Origin: Phoronis australis
Taxonomy: Eukaryota; Animalia; Phoronida
DNA length: 64,000 nt
Assembly: GCA_002633005.1 (NCBI GenBank)
Contig: NMRA01000092.1
Location: 260,191-324,190 of the forward strand
Direction of reading: 5' to 3'
Shown: positions 12,001 to 25,100 of the stretch, piece after piece
Position numbering within the stretch: position 1 is the stretch's first letter
Layout of the letters: every line of letters starts with the position of its first letter
The notes under the pieces: generated by a model
What the model was told of the DNA's origin: nothing
Databases searched by the model: none
Seen by the model: the letters and a program-made list of their open reading frames with translations, nothing else
Position numbers and translations under genes: made by a program

Positions 12001-12901
12001 CCGTCTCTTGACAAATTGTAAAGATCAGGTGTTGAATCTTCTCCAAAATTTGACAAAATCGTGTCAGTTGTCTAGGCAAAATCAAAATTCTTGATGTCTG
12101 AATTCCTGTGATTAGTATAACTGCGATAAACCTCGAGTAACCTCAGGCATTTTCGAGAGAGGTTTCATTCGACACGTATATGTCTGGTTCTTTGTTTTTT
12201 TAACAATTTCCTTGCATGAAAAAATCACTCCTTTTGTAGGAAACGAAAAGAACACTGAGACAATGTTTGAAGTGATACGTACTTCTTTTTTTATTCTATG
12301 GGAACGTTCAGTGTCACCTTAGTCTAGCTGGACACCAATTTTGTTTGCAGGGTTGATAACAAAGTTATCTGTATCCTCATCACGAACTTCCCTCTTTGCT
12401 CCTTGAATCCTCAAACAGATACTTTATTCTTCTTTACTATTGTTCCAAACTTGGAACATGTGTTTTTGGTGGAGCGAATGTCGTAAAAATTTAGACGAGC
12501 AGTCATTTTGAGAAGAAAGAAAACTTTATGCAAAACTTACACAAGGTCTGTGTTGTATGCGATGCTCACTGCGGGTGCATATCAACACTCATGGTTTTTG
12601 ACGGGCATTCAAAAGTTTTGGTGGCAGTTAGTCATTGTATAGAAATTTTATAGTCACGTGGTATTACTGCAATTCATCCAGTAAACCTGAATCAAAACTG
12701 TGATAAGTTGACACGTTCATTTCTCTGTGTACAAAGTATGGCTTATGCAAATTTTATTGTGTACTCACCTTCACACACCTGACTTGTATTAAATGACTCA
12801 CTTATATTTCCATTTTCTATTGAAATAAATTCAAAAAACTACAATAAAATTGATCTTAGTTTGACGTACTTCACACATCAAAAATTAAGAAGTTCCTCTC
12901 T

Positions 12902-14808
12902 TTAGTCCCCAGACTCTTGTAAGGTCAAGCACTGCAAACCCACACCTGTGACAGTCACCTGGTGGATCCCTTCAGTTCTGAAACGGGTTACAATAGACCA
13001 CGGTGATATTTCTTCAATTTAGGACACAGTTTGGCCGACAAGTGAAACTTTACTTTCTCATTTTTTTATTAAAGATATTTTATTGCTCACCAAATGAACT
13101 AAATTTTATACTTTTCAGGTCCAGTTTCTGCACCAAGGCTACCATTGGGCAATACTTTGAAAAATAGAGGACATTCACAACAATGTTAGAACTTGAAAAT
13201 GAGAACAGGGAAAATTTAGTATAATCATTTTTGTCCGAAATTTGTAAGTTCCTCATGAAGATGGCTGAGTGCAGCCATACATTAGCTCAAACAGTCCGCT
13301 TCACTTTTTTCAGCGCCATCTCTGGAGGAGTGGCATTTTACGAAGATGCATTGACAAGTAAAATTCCATGAATTGGAATCAATGTACAAACTCTGGTTCA
13401 CATGTTTGTCCTAAACAAATGGTCCAGGACAAATTTTCTCCTTCAAACACTGGAAAAGAGGGTAAAAGTCACAGGGACCCAGCATTTAGAGAACAATTTT
13501 TTCACTGAATAACGGGTGTTAAACTGCTTTTCAAAATCCAGGACATTTGTAAGTGACTACTGCTGAAAAGAGTGTAACTTTCTGCTTGAGCTGGTTGTCT
13601 GGGAACAACGTGACAGGAGAAGTAGAGAGCTCTTAGAGATTTAGTCCAGCATCAAAATACTTTCCTATAGTTAATGTACACATTCCAAAGTCTAAATTTG
13701 TGGTTGCTTAACCATTAGAGTATACCTTTGAACCATCCCAAACTTGACTTACCGGTACCTTTAGTTCAAAGGTGCAAAATTTGGAGCTTCCGAAAGAAAG
13801 AGCAAAACAACCCACTTTAAAAACTTTAAGATGGCTTCACCGAGCACTTCCAGCAGGATGGCTAAGAGATAACTAGATCATACTAAAACAAAATCGTACC
13901 CTTTCTGAAGCCAGGTTTCCAAGCAGGACACATCAGCAATGTTTATGAAGACTGAGTTGACTAGCTGTAGAGTAGGTCTTTTTTCCAAGTGAACGGTCCA
14001 TATATTGACTCGCTGATCAATGGATGTTGACACAACCGTGTGCGCATTAAGAAAAGACACCCCTACAAATACAGTATCATTGCAATTTTATAGAGTAAGG
14101 GGCAATGCACCGACATATAACTATTGGGTGTAATGACGCTTTCTTGTGACTGTACGACGTGCAAATCACAGTTTTTTAACTCGTAATCAGTGATAAACTT
14201 CACATTCTTTCAAAGTTACACCTTCTATACCACAATAAACCATTTTTGTGCAACCAATCATGCTGTGTGAAAATCTGACCAACTTCCATCAATAAGTTTA
14301 GTTGTAATGGCACTTGTCAAAAACAACACAACAATGCAGGACATGTCCTTCGGAATATGAAGTACTCCAAGACCTGGGAGAATAATTTCGGGCACTTTTT
14401 ATCACATAATTGTACTGAAAATGCTGAGGGCAGAAAAATTTTGTTCAGTAGCCGCATTCACACCTAAATCCAGCAACTGGACTCTTTACACATCGTCTAG
14501 AGATCGAAAACTGTAGTCACGAATGAAATCATTATGGGACTTTCAAACTAAATGTAAAGAACCAGTAAACACATACACCAGGCCCATAATAGCACGTGCC
14601 TGGACCTTCTCGCATTTAATTGGCAAAATTAATTATAAGCTCAGCAACTGGATTGTTTTTCCACCCTGGTACTAACCTGTTATCTGAGTAGCATGAGCCG
14701 AAGCAACTGCTGACTGTGCAGAGAGTGACCATCGTCCATCGGTCAGCACAAGCTGAGAGACATGAAGTGCATTGTCGTCTCCACCGCTGACTACCAGCAG
14801 ATCACCAT
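12902..14808 (-). CDS. WDR6: Second copy of the last three WDR6 exons (14808-14677, 14062-13900, 12977-12902)
   Basis: Exon lengths (132, 163, 76), splice sites and frame are intact. A few substitutions relative to copy B, e.g. VSCLET vs VSYLET and HQVTVT vs HQVAVT. Confidence 0.8.
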
Positions 14809-15207
14809 CTGCAACACACAGCAACAACACATCAACATCTGTGATACACAACAACAACAAATCACCGTCTGTAACATGCAGCAAAAACAGTTGTCGATGT
14901 AGAATTCTTTGGGATTAAAAGAAATTATGCTCATCCAATCTTGAAATGTTGAAAAATGAGCCAGCAATTCAAGCCACCGGCAACGAGTGCAAGTGCCATT
15001 TTCGAATTTACAATGATACGGATGGCCATTCCCAATACACTTGGAGTCGTTGATGGTTTGGATGTCCTCGTTGATAACAAAAATCGAGTTCTATCATGCT
15101 AAGTAATGCTATGAGAGAACATCAATCCAGAAGTCTTCCCTTAAAAATACATTTTCGCATCAGAAAGACATACTAATTCAGAGCAGTGCTGCTCATTGGT
15201 TAGGGCT

Positions 15208-15650
15208 CTGTAGCCGGTTGCATGAAACGGTCCCAAATAGGGACTCAACTAAGGCCCCTAAGTCTTTTTGTGTATTCGTGTTTTTATGGACTCACAGATG
15301 AAATATGTTTCTATCATTTCATCTTGATTATGAGCTCCCCTTTGATTAATGACATTTTCTAATAATACAACTGAAAACCGTACACAAAGTTCATCGAAAA
15401 TAATTAGGGATTCGGTCCTTAAATTGGGGGTGTTGCATGAAAAGATCCCTAATTATTTTCGATAATATTGACAATTCAACACAGAGTTCACTCTCGATAT
15501 GTATCAAAATTAAAAGTTGACTTAGTCATGAAACTAAAACAATACAAGAAAGGGCAATCGATGTTTTCACAAGTCCAAAAATATGCCTTAGGTTTTAGGG
15601 AACTTAGTTGAGTCCCAATTTAGGGACTGTATCATGCCACCGGGCACTGG
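15208..15650. mobile_element. ~430-bp MITE with TIR (T)GGCCGGTTGCATGAAACAGTCCC, possibly PIF/Harbinger-like
   Basis: Inverted ends gccggttgcatgaaacggtccc and gggactgtatcatgccaccgggc, flanked by CWG. The family recurs five times in the window. Confidence 0.75.
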
Positions 15651-15817
15651 ACTCTCAGGTAAGAGTCACGCGTTGAAGTACTAGGTACACTAGCAGACAA
15701 GACAGATGGGCATTAGCCTCCTGATCCTCTCTGTTAAGTCACAGTTGTGTGGAAGGCAGTTAACAAAGAAAAACAAGAAGCGAGTGGTAATGACCAAAAT
15801 GTACTGTCAGCAGCCTC

Positions 15818-15905
15818 CAGGGGCGGATCTACGTTTTCAGTAAGGGGGGGTTTAGGATTCCCGCAAAGGTCGAACCCTAGGCGCGTGGCGCCGAGAGGGG
15901 GGGGG
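15818..15905 (+). mobile_element. Start of a hAT-like MITE, cut at N15906
   Basis: Begins caggggcggatctacgttttcagtaagg. It is absent at the equivalent site of copy B (agcagcctc|aaag at 19576). Confidence 0.7.
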
Positions 15906-15906
15906 N

Positions 15907-16172
15907 ATACCAAATTTCATGAAAATCCGTTCAGGACTTTTGAAGATACAAAGGTAAGCGTAAAAAACTAAAATTGCCACTAGGGGGCACACCGGTAGTC
16001 GGATCCGTCCGAAAGTTCGCACATGCCGTCCCATTCATAAACGGAACATATGTGCCAAATTTCATGAATGTATGTCAAAGGGTTTTGGAGATAGAGCAGC
16101 GGACGCCGGACGGACGGACGGACGGAGATGACGGCATAATGCGTCCACATATAAATATGTGGGCGCATAAAA
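15907..16172 (-). mobile_element. 5' part of a HINE/Helentron-type non-autonomous element, same family as 54887-56569
   Basis: Near-identical to 56308-56569. It has the terminal palindrome gcgtccacatataaatatgtgggcgc, a (GGAC)n microsatellite and a T-rich end. It is absent at the equivalent site of copy A. Confidence 0.8.
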
Positions 16173-16190
16173 ATTAAGAAGTTCCTCTCT

Positions 16191-19100
16191 TTAGTCCCCA
16201 GACTCTTGTAAGGTCAAGCACTGCAAACCCACACCTGTGACTGCCACCTGGTGGATCCCTTCAGTTCTGAAACGGGTTACAATAGACCACGGTGATATTT
16301 CTTCAATTTAGGACAGTTTGGCCAACAAGTGAAACTTCACTTTCTCATTTTTTATGGAAGATATTTTATTGCTCACCAAATGAACTAATGCTTTTCAGGT
16401 CCAGTTTCTGCACCAAAGCTACCATTGGGCAATACTTTGAAAAATAGAGACAATGTTAGAACTTGAAAATGAGAAAAGGGAAAATTTAGTATAATCATTT
16501 TTGTCCGAAATTTGTAAGTTCCTCATCAAGATGGCTGAGTGCATGCAGAATTTACTGAGGACAGCCACACATTAGCTCACACAGTCCGCTTCACTTTTTT
16601 CAGCGCCATCTCTGGAGGAGTGGTATTTTACAAAGATGATGCATTGACAAGTAAAATTCCATGAATTGGAATTAATGTACAAACTCTGGTTCGCATGTTT
16701 GTCCTAAATAAATGGTCCAGGACAATGTTTCTCCTTCAAACACTGGAAAAGTCACAGGGATCCAGCATTTAGAGAACAATATTTTCCACTGAATAATGGG
16801 TGTTAAACTGCTTTTCAAAGGACCATTGTAAGTGACTACTGCTGAAAAGAGTGTAACTTTCTGCTTGAGCTGGTTGTCTGGGAACAACATGACAGGAGAA
16901 GTAGAGAGCTCCTAGAGATCTAGTCCGGCACCAAATACTTTCCTCTCCTATAGTTAATGTACACATTCCAAAGTCTAAATTTGTGGGTGCTTAACCATTG
17001 GAGTATACCTTTGAACCATCTCAAACTTGACTTACCGGTACCTTTAGTTCAAAGGTGCAAAATTTGGAGCTTCCGAAAGAAAGAGCAAAACAAACCACTT
17101 TAAAAAGATGGCTTCACTGAGCACTTCCAGCAGGATGGCTGAGAGATGACTAGATCATACTAAAACAAAATCGTACCCTTTCTGAAGCCAGGTTTCCAAG
17201 TAGGACACATCAGCAATGTTTATGAAGACTGAGTTGACTAGCTGTAGAGTAGGTCTTTTTTCCAAGTGAACGGTCCATATATTGACTCGCTGATCAATGG
17301 ATGTTGACACAACCGTGTGCGCATTAAGAAAAGACACCCCTACAAATACAGTATCATTGCAGTTTTATAGAATAAGGGGCAATGCACCGACATATAACTA
17401 TTGGGTGCAATGACACTTTCTTGTGACTGTACGACGTGCAAATCGCAGTTTTTTAACTCGTAATCAGTGATAAACTTCACATTCTTTCAAAGTTACACCT
17501 TCTATACCACAATAAACCATTTTTGTGCAACCAATCATGCTGTGTGAAAATCTGACCAACTTCCAAGTTTAGTTGTAATGGTGCCTGTCAAAAATGACAC
17601 AACAATGCATGACATGACCTTTGGAATATGAAGTACTCCAAGACCTGGGAGAATAATTTCGGGCACTTTTTATTGCATAATTGAACTGAAAATGTTGAGG
17701 GCAGAAAAATTTTGTTCAGTAGCCGCATTCACACCTAAATCCAGCAACTGGACTCTTTACACATAGTCTAGAGATCAAAAACTATAGTCACAAATGAAAT
17801 CATGGGACCTTCAAACTATATGTAAAGACCCAATGAACACATACCCCAGGCCCATAATTTCACGTGCCTGGACCTTCTCGCATTTAATTGGCAAAATTAT
17901 TTATGAGCTCAGCAACTGGATTGTTTTTCCACCCTGGTTCTAACCTGTTATCTGAGTAGCATGAGCTGAAGCGACTGCTGATTGTGCAGAGAGTGACCAT
18001 CGTCCATCAGTCAGCACAAGCTGAGAGACATGAAGTGCATTGTCGTCTCCACCGCTGACTACTAACAGATCACCATCTGTAACACACAGCAACAACACAT
18101 CAACATCAGTGATACACAGCAACAACACATCAACATCAGTGACGCACAGCAACAACACATCAACATCTGTGATACACAGCAACAACACATCAACATCAGT
18201 GATATGCAGCAACAACACATCAACATCNTCAGTGATACACAGCAACAACACATCAACATTTATGATACACAGCATCAACACATCAACATCAGTGATACAT
18301 AGCAACAACACATCAACATTTGTGATACACAGCAACAACACATCAACATCAGTGATACACAGCAACTACACATCAACATCTGTGATACACAGCGACAACA
18401 CATCAACATCTGTGATACACAGCAACAACACATCAACATCAGTGATACACAGCAACAACACATCAACATCTGTAATACAGCAACAACAGATCACCGTCTG
18501 TAACATGCAGCAAAAACAGTTGTCGATGTAGAATTCTTTGGGATTAAAAGAAATTATGCTCATCCAATCTTGAAATGTTGAAAAATGATCCAGCAATTCA
18601 AGCCACCGCCAACGAGTACAAGTGCCATTTTCGAATTTACAATGATAGGGATGGCCATCCCCAACACACTTGGAGTCGTTGATGGTTTGAATGTCCTTGT
18701 TGATAACGGAAATCAACTTCTATCATGCTACGGTAAGTAATACTATGAGAGCATCTTTTTGAGCTTAAGAGACTTAATTCATCTTCCATTTTTGGAAGAC
18801 AAACACTGAGGAAATAGTCCTAAATGATGGATGCTGCCATCTATTGGGGTGAAGTTCTTCCTGAAAGAACATCAATCCAGAAGTCTTCACTTAAAAATAC
18901 ATTTTCGCATCAGAAAGACATACTAATTCAGAGCAGTGCTGCTCATTGGTTAGGGCTCTGTGGCCGGTTGCATGAAACAGTCCCAAATAGGGACTCAACT
19001 AAGGCCCCTAAGTCTTTTTGAATGTGTATTTGTGTCTTTATGGACTCACAGATGCAATATTTTTCTATCATTTCATCTTTATTATGAGCTCCCCTTTGAT

Positions 19101-22100
19101 TATTGACATTTTCTAATAATATAACTAAAAACCGAACACAAAGTTCATCCAAAATAATTAGGGATTCAGTCCTTAAATTAGGGGTGTTGCATGAAAAGAT
19201 CCCAAATTATTTTCGATAATATTGACAATTCGACGTAGAGTTCACTCTCCATATGTATCAAAGTTAAAAGTTGACTTAGTCATGAAACTAAAACAATACA
19301 AGAAAGGGCAATCGATGTTTTCACAAGTCCAAAAATACACCTTAGGTTTTAGGGAACTTAGTTGAGTTCCTACTTTAGGGACTGTATCATGCCACCGGGC
19401 ACTGGACTCTTAGGTAAGAGTCATGCGTTGAAGTACTAGGTACACTAGCAGACAAGACAGATGAGCATTAGCCTCCTGCTCTTCTCTGTTAAGTCACAAT
19501 TGTGTGGAAGGCAGTTAACAAAGAAAAACAACAAGTGAGTGGTAATGACCAAAATGTACGTACTGTCAGCAGCCTCAAAGAGCAAATTCAGTCCATAATT
19601 GGAAAAATTACAGTACAGACTCAGACTTGTTTAAATATGACCTTAAAATGAGCATCTTTGGTGGTAACGGTGATGGTTGTCACAATTTATCACTGCCGTC
19701 CTGCTAGGTCACTCATTCATTACTGAAACGGAGAGATTGTAACTGCTCCCTTCGTTAGTCCACTGTTGTAACCCCAATCAAGATTCTAGATGCGCACCTT
19801 CAGTAGACTACCTTAAGTTTACAAAATATAATTCGGAGATTCAGCACACTACCAATTCCCTCTCGTGTACCAATGGGTCACAATAACAACAGTGTTCAAA
19901 TCACTTACTGTGAAGTTTGTTTACAGCCACGCAATTCACACCAGACTGGTGGGCCTTCAAAGTGTACAGTGGAGTCCACTGTGATCTCGCATCACCATCC
20001 TGAGACAGCGGAGAGCAAACATCCCAGAATGCAATATGGCCATCGGTAGCAGCTGAGTACAGCAAAAGTGTGTCATCAGCCAGGGTCACATGACCCACAC
20101 AGAGAACACAGTGGTTGTGAAAGTTGGACCAGGCTGTCAAGGTCAAGGTCTTGCTGGATTCGTGAAATGAAAAGAGTCTGGAATGCAAATATTATCGAAA
20201 CTATTCAATGTCAAACTGCAGCTAAAAGCTAAGGAAAGAATGTAGTTTTCCGAGAGACACGTTCTCATTTGAAAACAAAGTATATGCTGTGAAGTGAAAG
20301 TTGCAATTACTCTCTACCCACTGACCACACAACATGAGTAGATCATAACCAACAATGACAATAAGTGCAATTACACGACAACATATTAAACGGACTACTA
20401 TTATTGCATACCAAAATTATAAACGTCACTGGACTGTCTAGAAAAGCAACATTTTCCCTTGGAACAAGTCTCTCACATGAAGCTCAAAATACCTCACTTG
20501 ATGTAGATTAAGCAATTAACACACTGTTTATAGACAAATAAACGTTATGTTTTTGTGAACCAAAGTGCATTTCATGACGAGGATAAGCCCTTGCAACACA
20601 ATCAACCACTATGGCATCTGTGCTGAAGTCAATGCAAAATTTAACAATCTGAATTCAAGATGTCAACCATAAAATAAAGATTTCACCACACCTGACCAGC
20701 CCATCTGAACAAGCAGCTCCAATGAGGCAGACTTGTTCATCTCCAGAACTTTGGCATCCACCTTCACACACCTTTGATGCATAGAAAGCTGTTATTGACA
20801 TAAAGCGGGTCTCCGGAGTAGTATTAGCATATGAAACTTTCCATGACTTGGACCGTCCATCACTGAGACACAGTGTCTTAAGCAACTCACATTTACAGTT
20901 TAATGGAAGTGGTGACACGTAACGCTGACTGTTTGTATTGTCCTGAGACTTCCACCAGCTGTCCTCCGTGTCAAGAGTGACGTGCCAACACTTGAGCTGG
21001 GCGCGACCACCTGCAGAGAACAGCAACACGTTGACACTATCATCAGTGACACTGGGCTTTTTGCACACAGCAAGGGCACGGACGCTGGATATGTGACTGG
21101 ACAATGACTTAATGGTGGCCAGGTGACCACTAGAGTCCAACTTGACTATGTTGACGTCTGTGTCTTCGCTGGCCGTTACACAAACTGATGTGTCACCAAA
21201 CTGATGGATAAACCTAACGCAGGTTAACTCTCGACCGTGTAGTGCAGGCTGGAACACAACAACAGAAATAACTTTCAAAACAAGTGAACTCAAAACTTAT
21301 TTTCTTTTACATCGACATGTTTACGTCATAATTTCATACAAAGCTACCCACATCATTTCATATCAAAGACTGCCGTAAAATAGGGTCAGCACACGTGACA
21401 ACCATTAACCATGATTATGCCACGTTTAAAGATGAAAATAAATGCACGAAAACAGAGGAATACATACAGATTATTACATGGCAAAGTCGTTATCCCCCGT
21501 ATTCTAGAGCCCTCGGGCGGTAATTCTCCACGAGGGCTCTAGATAAGGGAGATAACGACTGACAACATGTAATAAACCACATGCTGAATGAGAAACATTG
21601 CAATGAATCGATCTACCTTTCTTGACTTGCTTCGGCTTTGTAACTACTTTCTATGTCAGAGGCCCAGGGTCAGAGGTCGTGACCTTTTAGCAAAAGCCGA
21701 GCTATTTTGCCAAATAATGCTTTTAATCAAAACCAATTGAAAATGTATACAAAATAGATTATAAAGTGAATAAATTAAGGTTTAGCAACTATTATAGCTT
21801 ATTTCACATTTTATCACGCTAAGCTTCGACCGGGAAAATATCCTCTGCTAAAGTAGGTTACCACTGGTAACTGAGTACAATGCTCAAGTCAAAGGATCGA
21901 TACCTGCATTCAAATTGGAGATCGATGATTTACAAGTGAGAGAACATGACAGAAAAATTTCACTGATTATGCATCTTATTTTTCATAGCGTATAAATGTC
22001 GGTACAATGGCCTTTGTTGAACATGCGTGACGCCAGCCACTGAGTGGTAAAGTCGACAACCTGAAACTCTTGCAACCTGGGTTCGAAACCGGCCTTGGTT

Positions 22101-25100
22101 CCCGCCAAAATGTTATCTCACTAGTGAGATAACTAAATGGGTTATTACACGGTTGTATTGGTCATTCGAGGCTAATATTGTGGTATAAAAGACGTTCTTA
22201 TAAAATTACCATAACATTGAATACGTAATTTGAGTAAAAACTTGGTATCAGCAAAAAACTGAATAGACATGTTGTCCCACCTACTCACACATATAACTTT
22301 TTGTTGCCGGGTGTTACTGACGGTGCACACTTGAACATCCCCAACCTTCACACATGCATACGTTGACCCTGCGTCACCAGTGCAGAACCCCCATGACCTA
22401 TGACCTCCGCCACACTCAACTTTGAACAGACTCTGGTTCAATCCAACGCTCCACACAACGAAGAAGGACTGAAAAATCAGTGACAATTATATTGCAGAAA
22501 CTTTGCTGTAAGACAAATAATTTAACAGCAGCCCCCTCTTAAAGACAGAATTCATTAAATGCACGACAAAGTTGTTGACTGACAATTTTCATATATACTC
22601 GCACACACTCTCTGTATATTGGTCCTGCGGATGATCAACAAATATACAGAGTTTGAATGAGTATGTAATGAAAATCCTTAAACGACAACATTGAATTTCA
22701 TGAATTTTGCTGTACGAATCGAGTAAATATCATGCAAATGCAAAACAGACCAACATGAAACAGGACACACAAACACAACATAAATCAAGTGGGTGGTAGT
22801 CTAGGAACAATGTGAATAAAAGGACAGTGCACCTATGAAAAGACTGAAAATCTAATTACTTCTTGTTCTCTGGGTACTTAAAGGGAGACTTCCATGAACT
22901 GACTAATGTGACTTTATATGTGACTGAGTATTAGACACCATATAAACATATCTTAAAATTCTCTAGAATATACCCACCCACATCAAAACCTCAACACAGA
23001 ATTGTGTTGTAGACAGGTTAGCCCATGACAGAGTTGAACGACTGAAGAGATGTTGTGACTGAGGAAATCATGGTGGAAGATGAATGTCCATTCCCTCACC
23101 ATAAGGCTGTCAGGTTAAAGACTCCTAAATATGCTCATCAACAGCATTATTTTTGCTGTCCCACAGTCAAAATTCATCAGGGTGTGAACAGTCACAGACA
23201 CATTATTCTACTTACTGTATGGTAGCCCAAAACAAGCATGTCATTTTCTGTAAACTGAAGTCTCTCAATCCAGTTAAAGCCTTTAAAAACCTACAATTAT
23301 AAAACATTAAAATGCTGAAACAACAACAATAAACTTACCAAACTTTTCACAAGGTCACACCTAAAAATGAAATAAAATATAAAGCAAAACCTTTGAGACT
23401 AAAACATATTCGATGCGTCAATAAATCTTACTAATAACAATGTCAAAAATAGCAAAAAACTTTGGTTCCTTAGAAATTACCATCGACTCACCTTTGAGGC
23501 AGTTTTCAGTTCCAACTGACCATCGGCCAGTATGTACTCCCTGTAATGACCATCGCGTCCGGCTGTGTAAATTGTGTCACCATGGCAACAGACACATGTA
23601 ACTCCAGCCTTCCCGTGAATTTTTGGAAAACTTTGAACAGGATTTAAAGCCTGAAAAAAGCAATGTTATGAAAGAGAAATGCCGTGAAGTAACCAACACT
23701 TGCTTCAGAAAATAAATAACCAAAGAAAAAGAATAAGAGCAATGCAGAGCATTGATAATTATTCAAAATGACTGTCCAAATACAAGCCATGGAATCCTCA
23801 AAAAGACAAATCTTGTGACGATCCATCGAATTGTTTTGCAAATAGAGAGGCAAATGGGACAAGCAGTTTCTAATGATACACACTAGGGGGGGGGGGGGTG
23901 GGCAACACGCATCAAAACCGTCCAAAATGTCAGTCACCTTCCTTGCTGTAATAAAAATACACCTGCCAAACTTCGTGAAGATCTACCAAGCCAAGCTAAA
24001 ACTGTATTAAGGGAGTCAGAAGAAGTATTCAATTGAGAATCATTAGCCTGAATTTCCGGAAAATATGTTGGTCATTGGTCTCTGGATGCATTGGAATAAG
24101 ACAAAATCACTTATTGAGAGACGGAATTAGTTGGAAGCAGAAGCCTATGCATCCAACTAATTCGTTTTTCAGTCAGTGATTTTTTCTTATTCCTGCCTGA
24201 ATTTCCCTATGCTAAAATTCAGTGCCCCAAATTTCAAATCACATGCATAAATTGAGACTTAAATGCTTGAAATTAATTATTTTGATTTGCCACTGCCACA
24301 CTTCTTTTTAAAATAGCGTCACTGCCAATAAGAAAATATTTTTAATTTCAAAAGCTAACTGCAAGCACACAGAGAGACGAATACCACACCTGTAGGTTTC
24401 CAGTGTTGTGTTCATGCTTCATCCACGTGTACAAATGGACCGTTCCCCCTCTATCGCCGCACACCATATAGACCATGTCAGTGTCAGTGATGCACACAGC
24501 AGATGACACCCATCTCTGCTTACACACACGCAAGGTAAAAGTCTGACATAAGTCAAGGACATGGGTAGTGCCATCTGTTGTCAAGTAGAAAATACCCTGT
24601 GGATATTATGATAGAGGATACCATATTGCTTGTACAAGGTCAAAGTTAAACTGACCCATGCCAAAAGTCAACTTATGTCTCTGTACTTAGACCTCAAGAT
24701 AAAATAAATGCTTTACTGGCTTCCTTGACTGTCTTATTTCAATTTACATTATTTTACAAGTAAGCTTTCTGTGTGTACAATGAATCGTACACATATCACA
24801 CAAACACTTTAAACAACTGCAGCTGAGTTACAGTAAACAAGGCATAGAAACAATCTACAGGTCAGACTCATAAGTACTTTGAGACACCTCTAAATCCAAT
24901 GAAATCTGTCAATACCGTGGCAGGAAGTCACATCAAGCCAATACCATTCACAGTCAATTGGCCAGAGTACTTATTAATCCCGCCCCAGGATATCACCTTT
25001 AACCTAACTACATGAGAAGCAAGTAGAACTGACTACACCTCCCACGTTGCATTGCGTATGTATTGCTTTCCGCAAGTTTTGGCAGGCGCTTTCATATAAA

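Larger units (their letters stand above)
12881..15817. repeat. Copy A of a ~3-kb block duplicated at 16170-19576; probably an alternative haplotype
   Basis: Colinear with copy B from aaaattaagaagttcctctc to actgtcagcagcctc, with scattered SNPs and indels. Confidence 0.95.
16170..19576. repeat. Copy B of the duplicated block, contiguous with the rest of WDR6
   Basis: Colinear with 12881-15817, plus an expanded minisatellite and a ~130-bp extra segment near 18745-18870. Confidence 0.95.

Noticed and set aside
18077-18500. CRISPR-like appearance of ~30-bp repeats (also 40458-40702 and 57906-58060)
   Set aside because: Head-to-tail units with no unique spacers, no cas genes and a eukaryotic context.
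18040-18531. 163-aa Ser/Thr/Asn repeat ORF and poly-Cys ORFs (MLMCCCCVS)
   Set aside because: Translations of the 30-bp minisatellite; no independent gene structure.
22030-22105. Functional tRNA genes here, at about 37555-37605 and at 53309-53381
   Set aside because: A/B-box-like motifs are present but the acceptor and anticodon stems do not pair; SINE heads or pseudogenes.
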